NCBI GenBank assembly: GCA_002633005.1
Contig: NMRA01000414.1
Location: 124,001 to 188,000 of the forward strand
DNA from: Phoronis australis
Lineage: Eukaryota > Animalia > Phoronida
Direction: 5' to 3'
Length of the DNA stretch: 64,000 nt
Shown here: positions 1-11,809 of the stretch, one piece after another
Layout: each line of letters starts with the position of its first letter
How positions within the stretch are numbered: position 1 is the first letter of the stretch
The notes under the pieces: generated by a model
Told to the model about the DNA's origin: nothing
Database searches by the model: none
Seen by the model: the letters and a program-made list of their open reading frames with translations, nothing else
Made by a program: the position numbers and the translations under genes

Positions 1-574
1 GTTTCCTGTGTTAAAGGCATCACCGTGTAAAAGTATGATGTTCACAAAACTACTGTCATTTCGTGGCTGACAGTTTTCTCTTTATGCACGCACGGTATTT
101 AAAAATTTGATTCTAGGGTAGGGAGGCAGCAATAACACCTGCAAATGTATAGAGAAAACAATTGGTGTTTGCAGAATCAATCTTAAGTAAGCAGTACCAT
201 GTTCCTCTTGTTGGTTTGATTCATTATTTTGAATTTGAAATTACTCTAAACAACATACTTGAAAACTGTGGCAAGATGAATGCTAACAGATTCATAGTTT
301 GTGAGAAATTCCCTAATAAACTGGAGAAAGCAGTAAACAAAGAGAACTCAGTCTTGTCAGCTGTGAAAAAAGCTCATGATGGGTTGTAATGGCACGGTCA
401 GTTACGGAGAACATGTTTCATGGTGGAACAGAAAGTTGACACCCCCACTTGCTGTAAAACTCTTCATTTGCCAGAATGCCGTCTTGTGCCGTTGTCTGTG
501 AGGTCAGTGGAATCTTTAGGTAGTCAGTGTTTAGTTGTTGTGCATAATGCGTTGTCCTCCTCATTTGTTTGTAG

Positions 575-613
575 GAGACTACCGGCCCGAGAGCGCACAC
601 TCCGTCAACATAG
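575..613 (+). CDS. ADGB: Androglobin, possible 39-nt symmetric (phase 1-1) exon encoding xDYRPESAHSVNI
   Basis: Pyrimidine-rich acceptor tttgtttgtag, then a GC-rich stop-free 39 nt, then a weak donor g|gttgtt. It joins in frame to the exon at 1642. No recognisable homology. Confidence 0.5.
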   Translation, partial: ETTGPRAHTPST

Positions 614-1641
614 GTTGTTCTGTGTTCTGTTCCATTTTGCTCTCAGTTGTCGTTGCATAGTTTATGTCTACACACCAAAGCTTGCCATTTCAAAACTGCG
701 TCATAACGTGCACAAACAAAACTTCAGCAACCGTTTTGCGTCCAGAGTGTTGCGTTATTTGCCGTTGCACAGGGTGACGCACGAGATTTATTATGATTTT
801 GGCTTGTGGATTATGATGAACTGAATTTTGTCTACGAGTTTTTGTTGTGTGCAGTATTGAGATGGTGTGCAGTCTTTAAATCTCTTTTTATCCTTATTAG
901 GCCTCGACTGCATGAATTGGAGTCATTGGCCTTACTGACTTCTGCTGCTTGTAATTTGAGCGTTAACTGCATGTATTCCGCTACACCTTGCCAACGTGGT
1001 CCTTGCACTTCACAGCACAACTAGTTACACACCCATTGACAGCATGCACGTCGAGCACTTAGAGATGATTAGGGGCAATGTGTTTGTCCCATTAATTTTG
1101 TATGAATTGAAAGGTTGATTATTACTCGAAGTCGCAATGCACATTTTTACTGATAAAAATTATACTAATACTTGGCAGAAATCTTATTCTGTTAAAGACC
1201 AATATATTTGTAAGACACGATGCAAACCAATTGTACATTAATTTGATTAGATGTCACATTTTTGTGATGCAAACCATGGTCCCATTATGTAGATCATAGA
1301 TTGATCTCTGGAGTTTGAATGAATTTTCTTTTTGTTTTTATTTGAAAATATGCTGTTGAATATCAACCGAAGCCAATTTATGAACCTATTGCCTAATCAT
1401 CTACTCAATATCAAGCCGTTTGTATGGCCGTAGTAGACTATGGCCGTAGTAGACCTATGTCCAGCAGATCTGCTAGGGGTTTGTATGTGTTTTAGCGTCT
1501 GTATAGAGTTGTACAGATTTTGCACATTGTCTCACCCGTGCGTAGTTGAAAACATAGTTATGTAGGTTTTAGTTAACTCTAGTACGACCATCGTCTCGTG
1601 CTAATGTAACGGTTAATGAGTGAATACTCGCTCCTTTTCAG

Positions 1642-1973
1642 TCGCCAATAAAGACCGCCCTCCATCCTCTAGTCAAGCAGCCAAGCTACAGGCGCAGGCT
1701 GCAAGTAAAAAGGGTGCCAAGAGCAAAGACAAGAAGGATCATAAGAAAGAGGGGTCAAGGCCACCTTCACAGGCATTCGACCTGAGTAAGCCGCACTGGA
1801 CATTGCGATTCGTCAGCGATGCCAACCAGAGTGAAGAGGTTGAAGTTCGTAAGGACACAGAGAGGGCTGATGAGATTCGAGCGATGAAGAGAGCTTGGGA
1901 GGATGCAGAGCCTGGGCGGGCAGCCAAGGCATTACAGTCGCGGCAAAAGTACCTCAATACCCACATGATTAAG
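1642..1973 (+). CDS. ADGB: Androglobin C-terminal region exon
   Basis: Acceptor ttttcag, donor aag|gtgagt. Encodes KPHWTLRFVSD...EVRKDTERADEIRAMKRAWEDAEPGRAAKALQSR, matching recalled vertebrate ADGB KDTERADEIRAMKQAWETTEPGRA. Confidence 0.95.
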
Positions 1974-2271
1974 GTGAGTGTAATTATCGAGTTTTGGCGT
2001 GTGCTTTAGATGAGCAGTTCAAACTGAGGCTGCAGACTGTACTGTGTTGAATTAGGATGTTTGTGTGCATTATTATTTTACAAGGTTTTAATGAGTTGTC
2101 TTTGCTAGGAATCAACAGCTAGTGTGGCTGTCCAGTTATGAAATTAGTTCATTTAAAAATTCTCATAATGCATTTTTGTGAGCAAATGAGCCATTTCTCA
2201 GCCATATCGACACTATTTGATTTCTGTTAAGTAACAGTATTAAACAGGTGTTTACTTCTTGCCCAATAAAG

Positions 2272-2453
2272 GTGAACCCAGAAACAGCAGACGAAGCGCC
2301 CGTTGCGGCTGAATCCATAGAGCCAATAGAGGGCACAGCCACGCCGTTCTCCTCGGCAGATGTGGACGGGGAGACGATACTGACCCTTGAACCACCACCT
2401 CCACCACCGCCCAAAGAAATTCTACAACCACTGGACATCACTCCATTCTTAAG
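2272..2453 (+). CDS. ADGB: Androglobin exon (VNPETADEAP...PPPPPPPKEILQPLDITPFL)
   Basis: Phase-0 acceptor at 2270-2271 (alternative in-frame acceptor at 2246-2247). Phase-2 donor ag|gtacta is compatible with both flanking exons. Confidence 0.88.
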
Positions 2454-3031
2454 GTACTAGACACTTTCAGTGACATGTATCATCCTTGGCGTCATCCTCA
2501 CTCATCATGTTACAAAACGTATCGTTGGAACTGAGAAACAAAACGTATGGAACCACACATTCCGTACTTGTTATCTTACTGTCCGTGTCATGATACAGTC
2601 ATGTTACTGAATGGCTCCACTTTTGTAGTGATTGGATGTGTGCAAAGCTGACTGAGAATCCGGTATTCAGAAGTGTAGGGAAACCGAATAGCGGAATTTA
2701 CACACATCTTGTTTTGTTTGTTATGGTGTGTGTTTCTTTGTTGTTAATGAGTGAAGCATTAGCCATAGATTTGGACGTATTTTATTTTCACGTCATGGAT
2801 GTTTGTCCTTTAAACCCTCTCTTGTTGAGGTTGCATACTGATCTTATATGACAAAACAAAGTAGCGAGGTTACAAGCATTGTTGTTGTTGTTGTGATTAT
2901 AGATTTTTCGAGTGATAAGTCCAATTCTTTTACCATATGCTGAACCTGTTGTACTCTTAGTGGATTAGCAGGCTATCATAGAGGTTGTCCATGTGGTCAA
3001 CTGGTCGTTACTCTGATGATTCATCTTGCAG

Positions 3032-3215
3032 TAAAACCACGGACACGCCGCGTTACCGTGACGAGACGGTGATCCGCGAACAGATGGAGGCCAAGCAGCG
3101 GGAGATCAACGAGTACCGAGCATTCAGAGAGGAGGTGGAGGCATGGCGCGAGCAGGACCGGCTGGCAAGGAACCTGCTGAAAGTGAAACAGATAGAGATG
3201 TGTGAGGAGATGCAG
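3032..3215 (+). CDS. ADGB: Androglobin penultimate exon, coiled coil (KTTDTPRYRDE...QIEMCEEMQ)
   Basis: Acceptor tcttgcag in phase 2, donor cag|gtcagt in phase 0. Ends in EEMQ like the recalled human ADGB. Confidence 0.93.
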
Positions 3216-4489
3216 GTCAGTACTGGGGTCAGGGGTCATTGGGAGGTCATGACTGAAGGTTTAGTGGTTCTGTACTGAGGTTGGGGTAATTAGGTTGTCG
3301 AGTGGTCATAGGAGAGGGTTTAGTTGAGTTTTTGGAATCTGATCACGATATCTATGGAAACAATTTTTGGGATTGATTAGATTGATTGTTTATATTGTGT
3401 AATTAAGCATGCTTTTGAACACCTAAATGTCTGCTTTGAAGCAGGCATTGAAACACTGGCTTTGAGCTCCACCCTCACAATTGTGTGGAGTTAGAAGTTT
3501 TCATTGGCCTAACTTTGATCTCTCATATAAAACCAGGAATTCTGTTTGTTTTTTGTGTCGGGGTGCTATTTGTTTTTTTGCTTATGGAATTGTTTGCTTT
3601 TTTGGGTTGAATTTTATTCAGTTGTTAAGCGACGAAAGATATTTTGTGTTTGCACACCCAAGTGTCAAAGGCACATTGAATGATTAGTCTGAAAATAGAA
3701 GAATTTCCAGTACATTGTCATTCTTTTGAAATTTCTCCAATCGTGTGTGGCTATTGACTTATATGTGCTAACTTTTTTGTGTTAAAAAGAAACTGTAACT
3801 TGGCTCTTAAAACGAATTTTGTTTTCTCTTTGTTGTCATGTTTTACTAATTACTAAACTGTGGTTTCACACTGTGCATCAGGAGCTCCGTAAAGTCATGT
3901 ACAGTCGGTACTTCAGAGCGCGCCAGATGTACAGACAGAAATGTCTAGGTCTGGCCAGCGACACGTCCTCATTGAACACACTTAGTTAAACAAATCCTAC
4001 AAGGTCGTACCATGTTGTATTAGCGTCATAGTGTGTAGTTATTGTCTAACATTAGAATAGCACATTTTGAATGGCACTGTCACGTAGACTATAGAGAAAC
4101 TGTTAGTAAGGCAGATACGTCAATATCAATGTCTTAGGCAAGTGATGCATTAAATTACCTGTGTCAGTGTAGAGATATACAGCTGGTGGTCCATGACAGT
4201 GTTTAGCCGTCATACTTCTTGTTTACTTGTCATCAGACACAGTATGAACGAACTAACAAAATAGAGCGACCGCACCAGCACTGTCATTTTGTTAAAGCGC
4301 AGTTATTATGTAATGCTGAACTTTTTCTGAATAACTGGTACATAAAAATATAAATATTTGATTTTACAAGGATTTCTTTTGTTTAGTAGTAGAATGTAAA
4401 ATTCATTTCATAGAATTGGTTATTTTGCCTTTTGTGATTGCTCGATTCCCGCAGTTTGTTAGTTAATTACTAGTGCTGTATCATTACAG

Positions 4490-4696
4490 GCCCGTCTAGA
4501 CCAGAAGCGCAAGGAAATTAACGAACCACGGGAAGCGTTCAGACAGAAATTTCTCGAGGCTGAGCGTATTCGATTGGAGGAAATCGCTGCCGCTGAAGCA
4601 GCCCTGCGTGCGGAGCAGGAGAAGAACGCCCCGTCGCCCAAGGGTAGGAAAAGTGCAAAGGGGAAGAAAGGTTCTGCGGGCAAGAAAAAGAAATAG
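4490..4696 (+). CDS. ADGB: Androglobin last coding exon (ARLDQKRKEINEPREAFRQKFLEAERIRLEEIAAAEAALRAEQEK...GKKKK*)
   Basis: Acceptor tcattacag; TAG at 4694-4696. Resembles the recalled human end REEYRNKLLEAE..KLE..AA.EAA...KKKKGKKK. Confidence 0.95.
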   Translation, partial: ARLDQKRKEINEPREAFRQKFLEAERIRLEEIAAAEAALRAEQEKNAPSPKGRKSAKGKKGSAGKKKK

Positions 4697-4781
4697 GACT
4701 AGTATCTTACACGATTTGACGATACTATGTACATGGTTTAAATACGCATTTTATGTGTACAGACATTGTTAGTGAGCACTG

Positions 4782-4787
4782 AATAAA
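4782..4787 (+). terminator. Proximal polyadenylation signal candidate for ADGB
   Basis: AATAAA 86 nt after the stop, followed by T/GT-rich sequence. Confidence 0.45.
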
Positions 4788-5554
4788 TGTGAAGTCTATT
4801 AATGCTATTGTTTTCTGCACTATGCAGATGGTGAGAAAGTGGCATAATGGAGTAGTGTTATGTAAAAAGATAGTGTGGGTAGTGAAAGTGGCTTGAATGT
4901 AAATATATTGTACAGATGTTGGGGTATTCGATAACTGAAAGTTCGTTTCCTGTTGTACAATCCTATTGAGTGAATGGTTTTGGATGCTTTAGTATCATGT
5001 TAAAAAGTTATTTTAATATTTTAAAAATTCATGCACTTCATTCAGTGACAGCTTGTCATTTCTTTTCAAGTATTCCACAAGTCAAGAGTTATTTAATCAG
5101 TGTGGAAAATAATTACCAGTGCTGAAATCTCATCCTTGTGCGGAACAATCATTTTTGACATTTTTATCACTGTTACGATGACATGATTTGTTTATTCTAG
5201 TAGATGCGATAAAGTGCAAATCAGCATCCTCCTAACGGCAGTTTTGTACTTAACTGTTGTCGCTCATTCAAGTGTAGTCGACTGTGTGTTGTTTTTACGT
5301 TCTTATTGACATTCCATTTTTTACTTTTTGTAAACATGGTGACAATTTTTGTCATCGACAATTCCTTATCGTTTCCGTCCAGAATATGTTAATAACTGTC
5401 TGCCTTGCCCTTCAAGCCCGTCCAGGTCTTTTGTAATTAATTTAATAATGTAAAAACATTCCAATTTTTAGCTCTTTGTTGTATAAAGTCAGTTTTTTTA
5501 ATTTAGTATGTAAGTGACACAAATTTGTATTTGTAACTGATATGCCATGAATGA

Positions 5555-5607
5555 TTTATTTATTAATGAGGAATTTTCAATAAAAATATTTTAAAAATGA
5601 ATTTATT
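5555..5607. terminator. Opposed polyadenylation signals of ADGB (+, 5579-5584) and TMEM135 (-, 5602-5607; also 5555-5564)
   Basis: AATAAA on both strands at the point where the + strand switches from T-rich to A-rich. Confidence 0.6.
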
Positions 5608-6446
5608 TCACTTTCGTTCACATGTCTATAGTTCAATACAAACCAAAATGTGATCATCTCTGCATCGATAACATAAAGTTTAACAATACATTTAATACTT
5701 TGCATGATTACAAAAATAAATATATCTGTACGCACATACACTACTAAAACTAAAATCACAATATGCGCTTTCAACACAATTCTTTTTTGCTTTTGAATAG
5801 AATGACACAGAATTTGTCTTTGAGTTTCTTGGCACCAAGAAAAATTTTACTTCGATTTCTGGATAACTAAATCGAATACAGTAAAATCTCACTAATTTGG
5901 GATGTGGTGGACAAGTGAAATTTTATTGTTTTTCAGTTCGGTACTGTAACTACCATTGCACAATGTTTGGGACTTAGGGTCATTCACAACAATGTCGGAA
6001 GTCTTTGTGAAATGAAAAAGGACCAAATTTGCAATAATTTTACTCCAAAATTCGCGAGATTTTACTGCAAAATGTAATTATTCAACATCTTCAATTGACT
6101 GGTTGGTTAACAATTTCACTGCGACTATTTGAAAACTTTGAAAGTTCAATAACTGTCAAATCTCCAATAAATACAAACAGCCTCTCACATCAGAGCTGCC
6201 AAAAACTAAATAGGATTATGCAATAGAAAGCACTAGACTATTCTCGCATTTGTTAACAACTCACAGCCAAGTTTGTTTCAGAACTGAGTTTCCAAGTGCC
6301 AAACAAATTTTGAGGATACACACGATGGAGGATGCAACCACTGAAACTGCCTTAAAATTTGTCACGTGTTGGTGGACTGTTATTTATTAACCTTTCAGGG
6401 TAGGATGCATACATACTGATTACATTAATTTTGTTTTGGGTCAAAA

Positions 6447-6716
6447 TATGAGTACGTACTTTAAAATCGGCACATATACGGTTGAATCACTCTGAGCGCT
6501 ATTTGAATAGAATCAGGTTCACTTGAGATCCAACTGTTTTGAATTCTGGTCTCTCTCCTCTTTTGACGTGCACCTTTGCAGACTATACTCCTGTGTTACC
6601 TGACTGGAGTATTGTGAACATTTGTCTTGAGAATGGTTTAGTGACAATAAACTGAAACGTCGACTAATACAATTTCTCTGTTTATGTATGTGCTGATTTT
6701 AAAGTACGTATGCATA
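6447..6716 (+). mobile_element. Penelope-like terminal relic with hammerhead-like motif, bounded by 30-bp inverted repeats
   Basis: 6447-6476 is the reverse complement of 6687-6716 (27/30). Internal gtc-TTGAGAAT-ggttta/taaact-GAAAC-GTC-gac at 6624-6664. Confidence 0.5.
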
Positions 6717-7319
6717 ATATATTGTTTTACGATACTCTAAAATTACAATATCATAATGTTGAGGTAGGTCTCGGCCGAGTAAATCAAAATACTATCAACA
6801 GCACATATCTTACCTCAAATTTCACATTTTTAATTTGAGCCCATTAAACTTCTATGATGGACAGTTTAGAGGACATCGCTTCAATCGCAATGCAACAGGT
6901 AAGCAAATGACAGAAATTTCTTTCAACTAGTGAAAAACTCAAATTTCATTTCGAATTTGGTAAAATCACCTTCCTGTCAACTGCAGTCATTAAACTGTAA
7001 AACTGTAGTTATCTCCTATGGAATTGAGCATTAACTGGGTTTAGATTGCGAAAGTACCCAACTCGCCGATCGGTGTGTTTTCAGAGAAGGGGTAACTTGC
7101 TGAAAGGCACGTGTGGAGGCGAAAGAGATAAACTGTTAAAATGGGCCTTACTTTACACACTGATCTTAAAGTTAGAAGCAGATAGAAATGGCAAACTCTT
7201 GTCAGAATTGAACACAACACCCTTCCGCATAATGAAAATTCAAAAATTACCCCGAAACTCTCATTTTAATCAAAATTTTGGCAATATTTAAGTTTAGTGT
7301 TCGCATCGACAAGGATGTA

Positions 7320-7437
7320 TCACACTGGTTTCGTAAGTTTTGTGTACTTAGGGTCGTAGTCAGGCCAAAAGTCCGGAGCTATCTTGGAGGCATTGGTACC
7401 AAACACATCCAATAATCGTCTGTTAACGTTGGAAAAT
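7320..7437 (-). CDS. TMEM135: TMEM135 exon 12, last (FSNVNRRLLDVFGTNASKIAPDFWPDYDPKYTKLTKPV*)
   Basis: Acceptor tttcag, TGA at 7322-7320. Matches recalled human NRKVLDVFGTGASK..DF.P..DPRYT. Confidence 0.95.
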
Positions 7438-7886
7438 CTGAAATTGAAACAAACAATTTATTCCTTTAGTTTACAGACAAAAAAGCAACCAAGCTTTAAT
7501 AGACCATTTATAGCAACACTGATCATACATTTTCATACTGGACTACCGTACTTTTCCAATTATTTCGTACAGAATAAATTAATTATATTTCCCTGATGGT
7601 CAGAGAGTGCCAAATAAATTGAAGACAGAAAATCTCGCCAATTTATTTCTGGACACAATATGGCAGAAAACTTAAATTTTATTTCCTTCATTTTTTCGCA
7701 AGAAGCCCTAAATCAATGCTTTGAGTTGTAAGTTATACACCGTAGCCAACACAAGACAATGTTTTGGGAAATTGCGAGTATTTAAGACAATTTCAGAAGC
7801 CTTTGGATATGAAAAGATCAATTTTGGCAAACCTATTTTCATACAATTGGCGAAATTTTACCACATTTGTTGCAACAGGTACTCAC

Positions 7887-7954
7887 CCTCCACTAGTAAT
7901 TTTGAGCAAAAACTTATAGTAGCCTGGACGCAGGTTGTGCGCTTCAAAAATAAT
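7887..7954 (-). CDS. TMEM135: TMEM135 exon 11 (IIFEAHNLRPGYYKFLLKITSG)
   Basis: 68 nt, ttcag / gtgagt. Matches LRPSYWKFLLRLT. Confidence 0.95.
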
Positions 7955-8358
7955 CTGAAATTCAGAAAAAGTGTGGGTTGAATGTTTGCCAACAAGCCGG
8001 CTGTATAAATTAAAAATGTACTGTAGCTAAACAACAAGAGACTGCTATGTGAATAAATTGAACAGTTAACAAACAGAAGGACCTCTAACTGCATTTCATG
8101 AAGGACATTGTGTGCAAAGTGCTTTTTCGATGTATTTCGCCGATTTGGGAGCTTGTTTTAACTAAAAACTTATGTCCAGTCATCCTTAAGATCACCGTAG
8201 TTTTAAGCGTCTACAAACCTGCATTCCATCACTTAAACCAAGCTTTGATTTACACCACATATGGAGATGAAGTTGGTCTCAAATTGTTCCTTAAGCAAAT
8301 TGAAGACAAATTTCTCAGGTCTTCGATTGAACAGGCAGTTCGTTATTACCTCTAGAGA

Positions 8359-8857
8359 CAAGGGCTTGGAATGACCAATGACAAAAAACGCGGAAACTTT
8401 TACGGCCCAGAACATGCACGCTACCCAGCCTTGAAATAGTGGATATGAACCTTTCGCCGACAAAAATCGGGAGGACTAAAAAAAAACGTTACCACCATCA
8501 GTAGCATGCGTCTGCGTCTTTTTAGCTCGTCCGTCCACTCCCACCCCCACACATTTTTGGCTGCAGAGCCATAGTATTTGTCACCGCGGTTTACAATCAC
8601 ACGAGACGCCATTGAAAATCCCACCATGCTATCCCAGATGCCCCGGCAATGTTGACAATTTACGTTACTCCGAAACATAAAGAGCAACTTCCGCTTTTTG
8701 AGGTGAACGTCGTCGGCAACGCCGCGGTAAGAAAGGAATTTGCCATGGAAACTTTATATCAAATCCGATTTTTTTACGCGGAAATATAATAAAATGCACG
8801 GACAGAACATTTGAAAAAAGCGGAAATCCGCATTTCCGCGGAAAATTCCAAGCCTTG
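8359..8857. mobile_element. hAT-like MITE, ~500 bp
   Basis: TIRs caagggcttggaa / ttccaagccttg, repeated subterminal cgcggaaa motifs, and agagac on both flanks (imperfect TSD). Confidence 0.6.
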
Positions 8858-9904
8858 AGAGACCAGGGTGTACAAACTGGCAGCTCACAACACGTCACGT
8901 TATGCATCCAGCATAGTCCCAAGGAATAACAAACTGTTATTTTTAAATTGCAAACCCAGAAATCACTACTCATCTGAGTTGAGACCAATTTCATGTCAAT
9001 AAGTGGCTTAGATCAAAAGTTTGCTTCTTGGCTGGAACCTGGGTTTACAACCACTTTAAGAATTGACGGAAAAAATTAACTACAAGTAGTTTACGAAGGT
9101 GGTTGTAAAAGGAACAATATATTCACATTCCTACAAAAAATAACTCGATTCAGACCATTTACAATTACAAGACTAGTCTCAGCGTGCTGCACACTAAGAC
9201 TGAACTGACTTCTAGTCTTGGGGAGATCCAACACTTTCTTGTTGTTTGTTTGGAGCAATAACAAAGTATCAGATCTTCCCAATCCCAGAAATTACCTCTA
9301 ACAAGATTCAATGATAAGTCAAAAAAAATTTCAACAGCTAGCTGTAATTATATATTACGTAGTTTATGAAATTCCATACACCCACAACTAATTTCTGAAA
9401 AAGAACGCAATGAAACTTGTCTTACTATTAGAACTGATTTCTAAACACGGGGAGAGCTGTCAGTTCATTATGGCTTGAGTGAGTTCAGGCTATGGTCTCA
9501 GTCAAGCATAAACATTGTCTCAGTTCTTCTCTAAACAGAACTAGACTCTAGCCTGAGTAAAAAAAAAACCAAGACCAGTTTAGATCTAAATCAAAAGTTG
9601 CCTTTTAGATTGGAGGCAAGCACACATATGTCAATTACTAGCCATTTACAATTGTTTACAGTCTCATTTCAAACACTTAAATCCATACTTCGACGTTAAG
9701 CAGGCTGAAAACAAAAATCCAATTAAGCCTTTTACCTGTCTCATATTATTCCTTACCATGACAGAATTCCATTTCCATTACCACTTCAAGTCACAGGCAA
9801 TGAGTACATGGGCCATACACAAGATCTATTTTATGAGAGTGAAAGGCTTAATTTCATTTTCGTTTTAAGCAGCTAAACAAAGCAAAATGCTACTTTAAAC
9901 TTAC

Positions 9905-10003
9905 TGCGTGCACAGCTAATGCTGTGGAGACGGCATACACGAGAACTCCCCCATTCTTCACTCGAGGAAACACACCCTTGTCAGCACCTTTGAAATACAC
10001 AAT
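9905..10003 (-). CDS. TMEM135: TMEM135 exon 10 (IVYFKGADKGVFPRVKNGGVLVYAVSTALAVHA)
   Basis: 99 nt, ttttag / gtaagt. Matches YFKG...G..P......IY..STA. Confidence 0.95.
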
Positions 10004-10041
10004 CTAAAAACAGCGAAACAGTAAATTTGAAAATGGTCACC

Positions 10042-10135
10042 CACTACAAGGGTCCCCGTATTTTGAGAAACAGTTTAATGCTCGTTATTCTGAATGGAGA
10101 AAACTGGTTCTCAAAATGCAGGACACCAGTAAGTG
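10042..10135. mobile_element. ~95-bp palindromic MITE; second copy at 59314-59404
   Basis: cactacaagggtcc...ttttgagaaacagttt pairs imperfectly with aactggttctcaaaat...ggacaccagtaagtg. A homologous copy lies upstream of TMEM135. Confidence 0.65.
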
Positions 10136-10770
10136 TTTATTACATAACTATAAATTTGTTCAGCAAATGGTCAACATTTCTAAAGATTAATACATAATGT
10201 AGCAAAATCTGTCACAAAAGGATACCCCCAAAACCACGGGATTTTGGCAGTATGAACCCATGATTCAAGTGTGTTGGTCAGTCATTTTTGCAAGGCGCTG
10301 AGGTTATGAGCAACACGGAGCTAACTGTTACACAACATATCAGAAATAAATGGCTGATTGGATTCAAGTGAACCTTCCAAATACTTGATTTAGGCAATCT
10401 GCGTCAAAACTACTAAGAATTTCATGTAAAAGAGCTTATCCAACTCTGCGGAACATGTCTTGAATCCTTTCACAGACACAAAATACAATTGCAAGCATTG
10501 AAGACTGCATGTGGAGGTTTCTGTGTTTTACACTTAAAAATCTCCACATTGTGCAAAACAGCAACTAGTAAAAACGTATCAATCAGTTTTTAACACAAAA
10601 TTACAGGACAGAATTCATTTTCATTCCACTTCAACCTTATCCATGCACTAAACTCCATTGTATATTAACCGCAACAAACAACTACAACATTTGCGTGAAA
10701 TGCCAATGTCTATCATCCAATTGAGCTATGTAAAGATAGTTCATGACATCTGGGGAGCTGGCGCCATCTA

Positions 10771-10950
<180 letters not shown>

Positions 10951-11579
10951 TCAATAGTAGTTATTTTGAGGGGACTTGTGATGACTAAGTCTGGGTATTA
11001 CACTTTACCACAGAGCGACACTGCACAAAAAGTGGAGTTGCAGTGTGGGTGGGAAAGCAACATTAGATAATGAGAATTCAAGAGCAGTTTTACTGAACTA
11101 AATTTATAAATATATAAAAAAGTATTACGTTTCTGACAAATGGTGGTTCCACGAGAGGTCATCCTAAGATAAATGTATCATGCTAGCGACCCACATGTAT
11201 GGGCATGTTTTCAGAAATCTCTGGTACATTAGACAGTGAGACATGTCAGCAAATGTTAAGACCCCGTGGACATTGTATTTCAATAAAAAATGAGCCTAGT
11301 ACAAGCTTTCAATTGTTAAATAGCGACCAATGAAATCACAGGTTGGCCTCTATTTCTGGTGAGTTGTAGTCATAACTACTTTGTGACGCACACCTGAGAG
11401 AAGCAAGTTATAGTTATTGGCCATTGTTAACAAGGCGTAAGTTCAGGACCACGGCGCCAGGAACTTATAATGAAGATCCATTACAACTCTTTTCCCAATG
11501 TTTTTGGGAAACAAATTTAAGAGTTTGGCACAGGGTGTGATGTAAGACAGACCAACGCCTGTAAATTGTGAGAACTCAC

Positions 11580-11747
11580 CCTGATTGACCCTGAGAAACC
11601 AGTAAGAAACATAGCCAGTCCTGCGTTATCCCTATGCAGTAAGGCTTGTATCAGCGTCTTTGGCCTACTCACAATGGAAGTAAATGACTTAAGGCATCGT
11701 ATACCGGCGTTTACGGCATAACCAAGGACAAAGCTCCTTGTACAACC
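11580..11747 (-). CDS. TMEM135: TMEM135 exon 8 (GCTRSFVLGYAVNAGIRCLKSFTSIVSRPKTLIQALLHRDNAGLAMFLTGFSGSIR)
   Basis: 168 nt, ttgtag / gtgagt, phase 0-0. Aligns with GFIRMFSVGY...P..L......N..LG.FL..F. Confidence 0.95.
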
Positions 11748-11809
11748 CTACAACAGAAAGAACTGAATAAGTACATAGGTGACAATGATGAAAATGCAAT
11801 ACACACCTT

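Noticed and set aside
162-1024. Short ORFs in ADGB introns, and most other 60-130 aa ORFs in the track
   Set aside because: No recognisable domains or splice-consistent structure. They are expected by chance or are antisense shadows of real exons (for example 1739-1966 and 4459-4683).
1423-1455. 16-bp direct repeat tatggccgtagtagac x2
   Set aside because: Ordinary slippage micro-duplication with no element between the copies.
7260-7322. Stop-codon read-through of TMEM135 creating a peroxisomal PTS1
   Set aside because: The context is TGA-TAC rather than TGA-CTAG, and the extension (YILVDANTKLKYCQNFD*) does not end in an SKL-like tripeptide.
8098-8355. 85-aa ORF with faint LINE reverse-transcriptase flavour
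   Set aside because: No diagnostic motif (Q.GF, PQG, YADD) is present.
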